Shown here: in pieces, positions 27,166 through 37,600 of the stretch
Numbering within the stretch: the first letter of the stretch is position 1
Layout: every line of letters starts with the position of its first letter
Source of the DNA: a virus
Lineage: Duplodnaviria; Caudoviricetes
Virus record (IMG/VR): IMGVR_UViG_3300037455_000467
Coordinates: 16,425-80,424 of that record
DNA: 64,000 bases
Strand: one strand, 5' to 3'
Notes under the pieces: model-generated
Seen by the model: the letters and a program-made list of their open reading frames with translations, nothing else
Database searches by the model: none
Told to the model about the DNA's origin: nothing
Program-made: the position numbers and the translations under genes

Positions 27166-28808
27166 GCAGGTTGAACACCAGCTCCGGCATCAAGAACTAG
27201 ACCAGATTTAATGCTAGCAATCCTAATATTACCATCAGAAGACTCAATGAGTGCCCAGCGCTGAGCATCAGTACTATTGCTCGGATGAATCCAAATACCA
27301 GTCTTATTCTCAGTGCCGCCATTAATAACGTCAAGTCTCATGCCAGGTGCGCATTTAGGCTCAAGCTCGCAGTACGTACCGAAAGCTTTAGGAACCCAAA
27401 TAAGTTTCCAAAGCTGTCCGTCAGAGTTGAGTTTCTTCCATACTCGAACTGGCGTATGATCATCAGATAAAGCATCTCGAACATCAAGATACATGTCTCG
27501 ACCAATATTACGAATTCTGAAATATCCATCATTATTGTTGATGAATTCGAAGTGTTGCATCGGAGTATTATTAGTCTGATAGATCTTAGTAGAATATCCA
27601 TCCGGAATTACTGGAGTAGGTTCTGGCGTTGGCTCAGGTTCAGGAGTAGGATCTGGTTTTGGAGCAGGCTTAGTACCATACTTAGGACGAATAACATATC
27701 GAATAGTACTCAATGCACGAGTTTTATTTTGAACCGAGTTAGAGACATTACCTTCAATTGTCTCGACATATCCGCCAACAAGTGAACCCTTAGCAAAGCC
27801 AATATGATCAGTTGTGGCAGTACCCCAGTTCCAGTCAAATATCAGAATGTCACCACGTTTAATACTAGTACGCTCAACAAGAAGCTTATTAGCGCCTCCA
27901 TTAAGAGCAAGGTCAGTATTCTGAGACGGGAATCCTGCAACTTCAACACCAGCCTTATTCAAGACCCAACTGACAAACATGCAGCACCACCAAATCTCAA
28001 CTGATGGTCCTGCCATCCAATCTTCACCAGTTATTTGAGCCATCCAACGACCATACTTAGATCCGCGCTCAGGATCATTAGGAGCATAATATCCAAGCTC
28101 GCCTTCAGCAATGCTAATAACATCATCAGCTGTTCCACCAGAGCTAGGCACAGTCTCATCCTCCTCATATGATGTATCGCCATTGTTAATACGACTTGGA
28201 TAGTCAACAACACACCAGTCAACATCATGGAAACCAGAAACATCATCATATACGATCATACCATCAGAGTAGCGCATACCACCCTGCTGCCACATACCAA
28301 TATCGCCAGCTTCATAAGGCCACTTGGCACGCCACCAAGCAATCCAGTTAGCATACTTATCGAGTTCGTTTCGATACATGTTATTAAGCCACGCTGAGCC
28401 ACCCGTGTATAGACCGGCATAATATCCAAGCTGAATCAACTTATCGCAGAAAGCTTTAATAACATCTGTAAGATTACGAGCAGGAAGAGCAAACTGACGA
28501 TTGTCCTCTACATCCATGTAACACGGGAGATCGTATTTACGACCCTTGAGAATATTGGCAAAGTGCTCAGCATCTTTTATAGCATCAGTAGTATTAGTAG
28601 AGACAGTATAATAATAAAAGCCGATATGAAGGCCCGCAGCCTTAGCGTTTGCATAATGACGCTCAAACCATGAGTCTGTGTATCGATTAAGACCAGTTTC
28701 ATGTCCACCAGCTTTAATTATAACTCCCCATAAATTATGCTTCTGCTTCCATGCAGCAAGGTCAATATCAGAATCGTATTTGGAAATATCAAGTACTAAT
28801 TCGTTCAT
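27162..28808 (-). CDS. endolysin: GH25 muramidase, CHAP/NlpC-type domain, ricin-B lectin repeats
   Basis: LDISKYD...YMDVED (GH25); WCCMFVSW...TDHIG...TIEGN (CHAP); QHF/QLW/QRW repeats; PEP-rich linker. Confidence 0.9.
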   Translation of the reverse strand: MNELVLDISKYDSDIDLAAWKQKHNLWGVIIKAGGHETGLNRYTDSWFERHYANAKAAGLHIGFYYYTVSTNTTDAIKDAEHFANILKGRKYDLPCYMDVEDNRQFALPARNLTDVIKAFCDKLIQLGYYAGLYTGGSAWLNNMYRNELDKYANWIAWWRAKWPYEAGDIGMWQQGGMRYSDGMIVYDDVSGFHDVDWCVVDYPSRINNGDTSYEEDETVPSSGGTADDVISIAEGELGYYAPNDPERGSKYGRWMAQITGEDWMAGPSVEIWWCCMFVSWVLNKAGVEVAGFPSQNTDLALNGGANKLLVERTSIKRGDILIFDWNWGTATTDHIGFAKGSLVGGYVETIEGNVSNSVQNKTRALSTIRYVIRPKYGTKPAPKPDPTPEPEPTPEPTPVIPDGYSTKIYQTNNTPMQHFEFINNNDGYFRIRNIGRDMYLDVRDALSDDHTPVRVWKKLNSDGQLWKLIWVPKAFGTYCELEPKCAPGMRLDVINGGTENKTGIWIHPSNSTDAQRWALIESSDGNIRIASIKSGLVLDAGAGVQPA

Positions 28809-28996
28809 AGAGAGACCCCTCTTTTCTTTTTATTAATATCAGAATTCAAAATTTCTTCTACTTTAGCTTTTGCTTCTTCGATACTAGTTCTTCGATTTGT
28901 AATCTCGTCAATTTGCTTTTTCTTACGAGTAACTATACCTCGACCCTTGCGCTGTGCTTTGATCAACTCTGTGAAATCAATCATTGGGCTCTCCAA
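28805..28996 (-). CDS. small basic protein
   Basis: ORF coupled to lysin start. Confidence 0.5.
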   Translation of the reverse strand: MESPMIDFTELIKAQRKGRGIVTRKKKQIDEITNRRTSIEEAKAKVEEILNSDINKKKRGVSL

Positions 28997-29003
28997 ATAT
29001 CAA

Positions 29004-29435
29004 TTAAATTTTTTCAATCCAAACAGCATCAATAGGTGATCCAAGTCCACCAAGAACCTCACCCTCAACATTAGAAGTGTTCTTAGAGGCTAGCCATGAA
29101 CCACCCTTGCAATGAACAGAGAATATAAATCCCTCGCCAACAAGCTCAATACCAGTAATATCAGTGCCATCGCCGAGAGATACAAAGTTCTTTTTATAAG
29201 GAAGCCACTTACCTCTACGATTGCGTACACGAGCCTTCCTAATACCTTCACATTCAATCTTAAAATCAGTCATATTAAGACCAATAATACCGGCATGATC
29301 TAGGTCACTACCATCAACAGCCTCAGTTCCAATCATCTCAATGCCCCAACCATTCTGAGATGCAGCAACATAATGTGGCTCAGTATAAGTTACAGGTGCA
29401 TTAGTGGTATCAGCCATGACTAATCTCCTTCTCAA
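29004..29435 (-). CDS. putative stand-alone cell-wall-binding/beta-repeat domain protein
   Basis: two GxW(L) repeats and SPIDAVWI, ChW-like pattern. Confidence 0.4.
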   Translation of the reverse strand: MRRRLVMADTTNAPVTYTEPHYVAASQNGWGIEMIGTEAVDGSDLDHAGIIGLNMTDFKIECEGIRKARVRNRRGKWLPYKKNFVSLGDGTDITGIELVGEGFIFSVHCKGGSWLASKNTSNVEGEVLGGLGSPIDAVWIEKI

Positions 29436-29791
29436 ATAGTCTTAACGTCTAAATCGTTTATTCTATCAATATAACTTGATACAAAGTGATTGTGTCCAAC
29501 TAAATCATCATATCTCTCGTGTAAATTAAGAATAGAAGAAAGTTCTTCAGCTGTTATCCAGCCTCGTTTAAGACACTTCTCACAACTATATACAATATTA
29601 ACTCGCATATCAGCTTTTGTAGCATCAGATAGTCGATCAAGCTTCTCATCTAGCTTATCTCGCCATTCTTTGCTTTCTTCACGATACTCTTTAATTCTAT
29701 CAAGTGCAATCTTAACTATCCATCCTACTATGCCTGTGACAATAGTATTCAAGATAAGTTCGATAGGTATTTCAAATTCCAATATATTCAC
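29432..29791 (-). CDS. single-TM lysis-region protein
   Basis: N-terminal TM, coiled coil, GWIT.EE...YDDLVG.N.FV. Confidence 0.6.
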   Translation of the reverse strand: MNILEFEIPIELILNTIVTGIVGWIVKIALDRIKEYREESKEWRDKLDEKLDRLSDATKADMRVNIVYSCEKCLKRGWITAEELSSILNLHERYDDLVGHNHFVSSYIDRINDLDVKTI

Positions 29792-29800
29792 CTCGCCTCT

Positions 29801-30211
29801 CTAAGCGACTCGCTTTATACGGAGACAAGGATTGCTACCGATATTCACAGTAGTAGTGCCAGTATTAATCACCGTAACAGACTCGCATCCAATGCAGCAA
29901 CATGTCTTAAGTAATGTGCCAGATGAAACATTATTAAGATCCCCTGCTGCAGAAGTAGTACTAATCATAGTAGTCTCAAGCAAAGCTGAGTTATCTATAG
30001 CTATAGCAAGTTGTGCTTGCTCTGCTTCAGTAGTAGAGCCAATATTAGCATTAAATATAAGTTCATAAATAGCATTCTTAGCTGTTAGATTTACTACTCC
30101 GGAATTTGGTCTGTGACATTCAGCACGCCCAGTATTAAGGACAATCGTATCGAAAGTTATTGACTGACCCGGAAGAACAGTCTGATCAATCGAATTCGAA
30201 AGAACTAACAT
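29801..30211 (-). CDS. BclA C-terminal-like beta-sandwich protein
   Basis: QTVLPGQSITF...YELIFNANI...AQLAIAI pattern. Confidence 0.55.
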   Translation of the reverse strand: MLVLSNSIDQTVLPGQSITFDTIVLNTGRAECHRPNSGVVNLTAKNAIYELIFNANIGSTTEAEQAQLAIAIDNSALLETTMISTTSAAGDLNNVSSGTLLKTCCCIGCESVTVINTGTTTVNIGSNPCLRIKRVA

Positions 30212-30375
30212 AGTATACCTCCTTGTTTTTACTAAAAATTCAACTGGGGTAAATTTTTAGTTTTGAAAAATATAAACTCTGGCCCGCCGAGTAGCCACAA
30301 CACTCCAGAACACTTGCGAGATGTTCTATCTTTATGGGCATCCGCGATTTACGCATTTACCAGAGTTTTTAATAC

Positions 30376-30705
30376 TTAACTATTTATAATTTCTTCATAA
30401 TATCGAATAGTTTCTTCAAGTGATCGAATAAGTTCCCCATGAGTAGCTTTATTAATATAAGCTATATCAATGGTTATAGTATTCCCAGAACTATCAAAAA
30501 CATCGATATTATTACTATCTCGCAAACTTGTTGATTCTAAGCTTTCCTTATTACCAACAATAATAGAACCATTAGAAGCATGAGCTATATATCCGGATAA
30601 TAAAGTTTCTGAAGTTACTGTATCCGCAGTTAGATCTATTATAGTTCTATTATTTACAACAACTTTATTATAATTTTTGATTGACATATAGCTCATCTCC
30701 TTCAT
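30376..30705 (-). CDS. tail-associated protein (NKV..NG..IDLT.DTVT family)
   Basis: paralogous N-terminus to 30716..31321. Confidence 0.55.
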   Translation of the reverse strand: MKEMSYMSIKNYNKVVVNNRTIIDLTADTVTSETLLSGYIAHASNGSIIVGNKESLESTSLRDSNNIDVFDSSGNTITIDIAYINKATHGELIRSLEETIRYYEEIINS

Positions 30706-30715
30706 TTAAAAATTT

Positions 30716-31321
30716 TTATCCAATTGTAAGAGTGATACCACCAGCCTGATTATCAGTCTCGGAAACAGGAATGGCATTAACAGTGACCTGAGAGAGATAA
30801 TTCTGAGCAGGAGAAGTGGTAGAATCAGGAACAATCGTCTGCTGGGAGAAAGTCGGGGTAACAGTCGGAGAACCAGCGACAACATCCTCCGTACCAGTCA
30901 TGCTACCCTCAACGCCAAGGATCGTCACACCCTCGCGAATGTTAGTGGCAACAATCTTAGCCTGCTCAGTAGAATCGATAGCAACAGAACCAGAACCGTC
31001 ATGATAACCATTCTGAATCGTATAAGTACCAGCAACAGTCGAAATCGTGCCAGTAACACCACCACGATTCGGCATAGTACCAGTTACCTTGGACTTATTA
31101 ATATAAGCAGTCTTAGTAGCAAGAATTTCGCCCTCAACTGCAGTAGCATCAGTAGTATCAGAATCAAAAGTACAAGTACCCGTGATAGGAGCACCAGACT
31201 TATCATGAGCAGTATAATCCTTAAGGATTTTTGATGCTGTAACAGTATCTGCAGTAAGGTCGATCTTAGTCTGACCGTTAACGATAATCTTATTGTAATA
31301 AGTATTGGCCATGAATATCAT
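30716..31321 (-). CDS. tail-associated structural protein
   Basis: NKIIVNGQTKIDLTADTVT, LSQVTVNAIP, NQAGGITLTIG; structural-gene codon use. Confidence 0.6.
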   Translation of the reverse strand: MIFMANTYYNKIIVNGQTKIDLTADTVTASKILKDYTAHDKSGAPITGTCTFDSDTTDATAVEGEILATKTAYINKSKVTGTMPNRGGVTGTISTVAGTYTIQNGYHDGSGSVAIDSTEQAKIVATNIREGVTILGVEGSMTGTEDVVAGSPTVTPTFSQQTIVPDSTTSPAQNYLSQVTVNAIPVSETDNQAGGITLTIG

Positions 31322-31575
31322 CCTCCAATATTCAGTGTGTAACCGCCGGAATCATTACCAACAGTTGAAACAGGAACTTTCTTAATAGTAATGTCATTTC
31401 TTAAATATTTACCTTTTGTAGATATAATTTGATCTTCAAAGGAAGTTTCTATTTCATAGTCTTCGCTGTATTCCTCAGATGGTTTAACATTACCATGTAT
31501 GTAATAGTTTTGAGATTCTTCGATTACTGCTGAAATACTATATGGAGTTGATAACTTAGCAGAAATACCATCCAT
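31318..31575 (-). CDS. tail-associated protein
   Basis: C-terminal NDSGGYTLNIG paralogous to 30716..31321. Confidence 0.55.
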   Translation of the reverse strand: MDGISAKLSTPYSISAVIEESQNYYIHGNVKPSEEYSEDYEIETSFEDQIISTKGKYLRNDITIKKVPVSTVGNDSGGYTLNIGG

Positions 31576-31904
31576 TAATCTACCTCTTCTTCAAGTTTAA
31601 GAATAGATTTGGATATAAATGTATCTACGGTACCATCTGCAAAAGTAATTTGTAAGTCATAAACATATGTACCAAAGTCAAGATTTTTTGTATCTTCAGG
31701 CTTAATTTCAAGAATTAAAGTATCATTTGGAACTATAATAAAAATAGATGCTTCGGAATCTGAATATTTTTTCTTAGCAGCAAACCGAATAACATCACCT
31801 TCATTAGGAACAAATTCATTTCCATCACTATCAGTTAATACCAATTTAATTCTGCAAGTATCGCCTCTAGTCATTATTATGGTATTGTTTGTCACCTTCT
31901 TCAT
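31575..31904 (-). CDS. BppU N-terminal-like baseplate/fibre-attachment protein
   Basis: MTRGDT...GTYVYDLQITFADGTVDTFI. Confidence 0.65.
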   Translation of the reverse strand: MKKVTNNTIIMTRGDTCRIKLVLTDSDGNEFVPNEGDVIRFAAKKKYSDSEASIFIIVPNDTLILEIKPEDTKNLDFGTYVYDLQITFADGTVDTFISKSILKLEEEVD

Positions 31905-32062
31905 GAAATATCACCTACTTTTTTCTTAGGAAATGTATTGATTCCTATAACAATTGGTAGTAATATAATAGTGACAAGCATTGCAACTAAACGAGCTATA
32001 GTGTTATCATGCAAATATAGAAAAAGTGCTATGCAATACCTAATAGCCAATGCAAAGTACAT
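31901..32062 (-). CDS. 53-aa membrane protein (not in ORF track)
   Basis: MYFALAIRYCIALFLY...KVGDIS; TAATG and ATGA overlaps at both ends. Confidence 0.5.
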   Translation of the reverse strand: MYFALAIRYCIALFLYLHDNTIARLVAMLVTIILLPIVIGINTFPKKKVGDIS

Positions 32063-32889
32063 TACATACAGCACCCATTACCACAATTGCAGAAAGGATT
32101 ATACCCTGCATTATAAGCAGTGCTCATCGGATAGCGAACAACACCAGCTACTGCATTCTGAAGCTCAAGACCCTGGACCTTCTGCTGAAGCTCCTCAATC
32201 TTATTCTCCTGCATCATCTGTCTAGTAGCGGCGCCATCCTGCTGAATAGCCTGAACAATGGCAGATGTGTTCATAGCTGCATCATAACGATTCTGAGCCA
32301 AAGCAGAATTCAAATTAGCATTGCTGAGAGCAGCCTCATAACGATTCTGCGAAATACCAGCATTGAGATTAGCGGTATTCAGCGCTGCATCATAGCGATT
32401 CTGAGCAAGTCCTGCATTGATCGCTGCCGTATTATCCTGAATCAGCATCTTAGTCGAGCAGCAACAATCATTCTGGTTATTCATAGACTGCTGCTGAAGA
32501 ACTGCAATACCAGCAATATCACGCTGAAGCTCATTATACTTATCATTCAGCATACCACTCATATACTGAGTATTCATATTGGCGTTTTGCATACCCTGCA
32601 TAGAGTTGGAATTAATCGCAGCAAGGATCTCACGCTCATTTGCCATACTGTTCTGATTATCGAAGCCACGCTGAACCTCATTCGAAGTGGCGAGGTTCTC
32701 ATAGCCAATAGCATTCTGGAAACCATTATTTCCCCAGCCATTATTTCCCCACATAGCCCAGAAGAGAATAAGGATCCACCACCAATTTCCATCACCAAAG
32801 TTATTGTTGTTGCCCATAACAGCAGCCATATCAGCAGGAGTCATTCCGCCACCAGTAAGAGCAGTCTCGCCCATGATATGTCCTTTCAT
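32062..32889 (-). CDS. Asn/Gln-rich spore-coat-like phage protein
   Basis: MTPADMAAV..GDGNWWWILILF..WGNNG, CCCSTK, GVVRYP, C-terminal Cys cluster. Confidence 0.6.
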   Translation of the reverse strand: MKGHIMGETALTGGGMTPADMAAVMGNNNNFGDGNWWWILILFWAMWGNNGWGNNGFQNAIGYENLATSNEVQRGFDNQNSMANEREILAAINSNSMQGMQNANMNTQYMSGMLNDKYNELQRDIAGIAVLQQQSMNNQNDCCCSTKMLIQDNTAAINAGLAQNRYDAALNTANLNAGISQNRYEAALSNANLNSALAQNRYDAAMNTSAIVQAIQQDGAATRQMMQENKIEELQQKVQGLELQNAVAGVVRYPMSTAYNAGYNPFCNCGNGCCM

Positions 32890-33125
32890 TCAATAGACAC
32901 ATGCTCCCATGGTCTATTTGGATATACAGTTTTGTAAGCATAAATATAACGCATGTATTTATTTATCTGCTTTTCAATTTCATCTATATGCCCTTGTATG
33001 ATTCGTTGTGTCCACTCTAATTTATACAATTTGAACTTTAAATCATCTATTCCAGTACTATAATGTACATACTCCATAGCATCATACAGTTCTTCTTCAG
33101 TTTTGCATTTACTTGTATCGATCAT
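32886..33125 (-). CDS. hypothetical AT-rich protein inserted in the cluster
   Basis: ATGA-coupled ORF. Confidence 0.5.
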   Translation of the reverse strand: MIDTSKCKTEEELYDAMEYVHYSTGIDDLKFKLYKLEWTQRIIQGHIDEIEKQINKYMRYIYAYKTVYPNRPWEHVSIE

Positions 33126-33137
33126 TTTAATAACCTT

Positions 33138-33398
33138 TTAAAATCCGAAAGTATTCATTATCTGTCTTGGATCTACATTTTTAAACTGATTATAGTCAAG
33201 TCCAACTTCTTGAAATGCTTGTTCTGGAGTTTTATTTCGTACATGATCAGCCAACATCCTAAAATTCGGATTAGTATTATATAATTTATTAAACATCATT
33301 TGCTGCATTAAATTAGCTGGTCCGCCCATTCCTTGTTGTGGCATTTGATTGGGCATTTGGTTGACCATTGGATTTTGACGAGGACGTAGAGGGTTCAC
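33138..33398 (-). CDS. Gln/Met/Pro-rich small protein of the same cluster
   Basis: MNPL...QMPNQMP...KTPEQAFQE. Confidence 0.6.
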   Translation of the reverse strand: MNPLRPRQNPMVNQMPNQMPQQGMGGPANLMQQMMFNKLYNTNPNFRMLADHVRNKTPEQAFQEVGLDYNQFKNVDPRQIMNTFGF

Positions 33399-34407
33399 TA
33401 CCGATCATCTCCTCAATAATCTGAATAACATCTTCTCTTGTTAAACCTATTTGTTGCTGTGGCATAGAATTATTAAAACCGGTATGCATCAATGGCGATA
33501 AATGTTGAGGCATCTCTTCAGAGCATTCCTCAAATTTATAAACATTAATACCATTACACTGTCCATTTTGATCATAACTACAAATATACATGAGCGGCTG
33601 ATCCTCATCAAATCTAGCCATTCGTGAATTTGGAGTCCCTGTAGTATTTTTTGCTCCTTCAATACCAATTACAAATGACAAATCATTAGACGGCATTTGA
33701 CCTTGTGGATATCCTTGCTGCCAACCTTGATTCATTGGTTGATTATATGGCATTCTCATGTTAGCATTAGCTTGAGAATATCCATTCATCTGACCAAGAT
33801 TGCCTTGCGGATATCCAGTATTCATCGGAGCTGTTGTCTGAGGCCAAGGGCCCGTATTCGAACCAAATTGAGGATATGCATTATTCATTGGCATAGTATC
33901 ACCTTCTTCGGCGCCATTAATATCGGTCTCATCTTCATCAGGTGGTCTTAAAATATAATCCCATCCCTTATCGAAGGTGATTACTGGATGTTTACTAATT
34001 TCTTGGTCTGTTTGATCTCCACTTTCTCCAACAAAGCCACCATTTTCAGAAGCATTTGCGCTGATCGATTCGCCATCACCAACATATACTTCTGCATGCA
34101 ATGCTAGGTTAAGGAGAATATCACCTATTTTGAGATCACTTATACCAACATTAGCAAACGGTAAAATTTGAAACCCTGCTTTTTCAAAATCTTTTAGCAT
34201 AGTTCCCGTAAACCTTACCTTATCTCCTCCAGAACCGACAGGGAATCCAGCTTGATTTGCAGCATAATATATCAATGAAGCACAATCAAAATCTGGTCCC
34301 CATCGGCCTGAAGGTGGTTTTTGAGAATATCCATAAGTATTATCGTCTGCTATTCTCTGTATCTCATTTACAAATTTGTCTTTACGTGTCGGCGGTGATC
34401 GTGTCAT
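33313..34407 (-). CDS. NlpC/P60 amidase fused to Gln/Pro/Met-rich domain
   Basis: YGYSQ..RWGPDFDCASL...HAEVY (Cys-His); C-terminal IGIEGAK..P..DEDQP.MYI. Confidence 0.75.
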   Translation of the reverse strand: MTRSPPTRKDKFVNEIQRIADDNTYGYSQKPPSGRWGPDFDCASLIYYAANQAGFPVGSGGDKVRFTGTMLKDFEKAGFQILPFANVGISDLKIGDILLNLALHAEVYVGDGESISANASENGGFVGESGDQTDQEISKHPVITFDKGWDYILRPPDEDETDINGAEEGDTMPMNNAYPQFGSNTGPWPQTTAPMNTGYPQGNLGQMNGYSQANANMRMPYNQPMNQGWQQGYPQGQMPSNDLSFVIGIEGAKNTTGTPNSRMARFDEDQPLMYICSYDQNGQCNGINVYKFEECSEEMPQHLSPLMHTGFNNSMPQQQIGLTREDVIQIIEEMIGSEPSTSSSKSNGQPNAQSNATTRNGRTS

Positions 34408-34429
34408 TTGTTGGGCTCCTTTCTATTAA

Positions 34430-34642
34430 CTATTCCTCAACAGCCTCTTGAGGCGTTGGGCAAGGAATATTAGTACGTATAGTATTAAGTGATTTAATTG
34501 CACTATTGTAATTAATTTCAAGTATTGTTTTCGATATCATTTCCATAACTATTCCGGCATCCAATTTAAATTTTGATACTTCTGATGAAATAAAATCAAC
34601 AGTATCATTTGATAATTGATAAATAATTTCTTGATAAGTCAT
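34430..34642 (-). CDS. hypothetical protein
   Basis: ORF with GGAG SD after tail spike. Confidence 0.5.
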   Translation of the reverse strand: MTYQEIIYQLSNDTVDFISSEVSKFKLDAGIVMEMISKTILEINYNSAIKSLNTIRTNIPCPTPQEAVEE

Positions 34643-34656
34643 TTAAAATCTCCTTT

Positions 34657-37600
34657 TTAATTTACTTCAACATTGACAAGCCATCCATTCCAAAAAGTTA
34701 ACTCAAACCAGACATCATCTTTAGACACCCAACTTACAGTAGCCGATAATGCCCAATCTGTTTGCCTTGTTTGTCCGTTATATACTTTAACTGATCCAAA
34801 CTTTAATCCATCAAGAACATCATAAGTTATTTCACCAGCCGTTATGGTATGAGCTTCTATTCTATCGCCATTAATATATCCACTAGTAATATTATTAGCA
34901 TCAAGATGTGTTACATCAATATATCTAGCATCGATTTCTCCGCCTCGAATGCGATCAGCATTAATATAACCACTAGTAATATTATCAGCATTAATATTAG
35001 TAACATATACTCTAGATGCATCAATAGTACCAGTAGTAATATGTCCACCATCAATAACTGTAGTAGTTTCATCTTTACTTGGATATGAAGTAGTAACGGA
35101 TCCATCAGACATCTTCATTTGAGTAGCCATAAATATTACTGGATAACTACTACTATATTGTGGTCTAGAAATAGTCCAAGTATAGCTTGATGGAGTAGTT
35201 GAATCATTTGTAACCCAACTAGATGGCATATAATTATTATTAATATATGATGCACTGGTTCCACTACCAGCTCTTAAATATATAGTTTGAACTGCTGATA
35301 ATGAATCAATATTTTTAATAGCATTATTAATCTTATCTAATCCTAATAATGTAGTTCTAACATCTCCATCATCATATAATGTTTGAACTGCTTGATAAAG
35401 ATAATAACTACTAGATAATTGAAAAACATACGTAGTCCAAGTATCATTATTAGCACTTGTATTTGATACCCAATAACTAGGTAAACTTGGAGTAGAACTA
35501 TAATAACTTCTATAATAAACATATTGAACATCGGTTATAGCATCTTCTTTTTTAGTATAATTATTTATTCCTTGGAAATTGGTAACACTAATATGCTCAG
35601 TATCAAGTTGTGTTGATGTAATAGAATGTGTTAAAATATGTCCACCGTCAATAACAGTTGTAGTTTCATCACGTTTTGGATTAGTAGTAGTTAATGATCC
35701 ATCATTATATAATGTTTGAGTAGCTACATATAAATAGGGGTATGAAGAACTATATTGAGGTCTATAAGTAGTCCATCTATTTTGATAACCAGTTTCATCA
35801 GTTATCCAATAAGTTGGAATTTGGCTAGAACTAGTAATTATATTACCTTGATTACTAGAAAAACTTTTATAAATTATTTGAGTTTTATTAGCATTTTCAG
35901 ATTTTTTAGAATAATTTGATCCATCTTTAAGTGATCCAACTGTTATTTGATTAACTGCAACTCGTGCTGCATCAATCGTACCAGTAGTAATATGTCCGCC
36001 ATCGATTACTGTAGTAGTTTGATCTTTTTTAGGAGTAGTACAATTTATAGTACCATTTGCAAACTTAGTCTGCTTAGCAACAAATAATACAGGATAATTA
36101 CTATTATACTCAGGTCTTGTGCTAGTCCAAATGTTCTGATTACCAGTAGTATTAGTGACCCAACTAGTAGGGGCAGCCATAGAATTAGTACCGGACACTG
36201 CAGATTTGTAAATATATTGATAATCATTAACCGTAGACATAATATCGGCTTTATTATCATCGATATCATCTACTCTATTATTTAAACTAGTAAATGCTGT
36301 ATTACCAATAAGATTAATTCTATTAGCGTTAATTGTTACATTTTCTGGCGATTGGTTAATCATGGAAATGATTTCACCTTTATCAGTTTTTGCAGAAACG
36401 ACTGACATAATATTATCACTAGTAAGCTTAACATAAGCTTCTGTAGATTCAACTATTGCATCGCCAATTTTACGCATATAATTTTCAGTATAATCATCAC
36501 CATCTTCTGGAGCAGCAGTCCAGTCTGTAGCTTTACTTCCTATCTCAAACTTCATACCACACACATAGGCTTTATTACTACCATAAAGTCTAAGAAGAAT
36601 ATAACGATTAACTTCGGAATAACTCTCAGTACAGAACCATCTAACCCAATACTTTGTCCACTCTCCATTTAACTGAATATTAGCTTGTCCATTATAATTA
36701 TTATCGATCTCAACATCTTGACAAGTTAAAATATTAAATTTAGCTGAATTAGAATTTGAACCAAATATAACTTGTAGTGAGCCAACTCCCTTAGCATAGA
36801 ATCCAAGACAATAATATTCGCCAACTTTTGGAATTATTACATTGTTAAATTTAGCAAAATCTTTATATGTTGAACTAGAAGCAGAAGTATTATCCAAATA
36901 TCTAATAGCAAGATCCCTATACTTAAGTGTATCAAGAATAGAATATCCGCCAGAATAACTTCTATCATCAGATGATCCTATAATATTGATGTTACTATCA
37001 ATAAGATCCTTTCCATTACTATCTAAATATCCTTTTCCAGTAAAAGCTTGTGTATTCAGAAGGTAATTTCTACCACCTATCTGCATATTATTAAATTCGC
37101 CTTTACTAGTATAATCTTCACTAACTCTTGCTAAAATATCACTACTTGTTTGACTAATTTCACTACTTCTATTAACAATTTCAGTAGCAATTAATTCATC
37201 AACATATCTTTGGTTAATAGTTACAGTTTCACTAATTCTAGAAATAAAAGTCTTTTCAGTTGCTTCAATAAGATGTTGATTTTGTTCAACTCGTTCATAT
37301 AAATCAGAAAGAGTTAACATATATGTATCATAATCTTCTGGAGCAGCCGTCCAATCACTCATATTATTATTTTGTTCAAATTTTAATCCATAAATAGAAG
37401 CTTTATTACCACCATATAATCTCAGCAATACATTTCTCTTTTGCTGAGATTCAATACTATCATTAGTAAGATTCCATTTTATCCAATATCTAATCCAAGT
37501 ATTAGATAAAGTAATCTCAATCATTCCATCAGAAGAAGTTCTTGTAATATTTTGAGAAGTAAGCGCCGTAATAGTTTCATTGTTTTGAGCTGGATAAAAA

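Noticed and set aside
32050-32937. 295-aa plus-strand ORF
   Set aside because: Exact antisense shadow of 32062..32889; Ile/Ser/Leu-rich composition expected from reverse-complemented AAT/GAT/GCT codons; no SD
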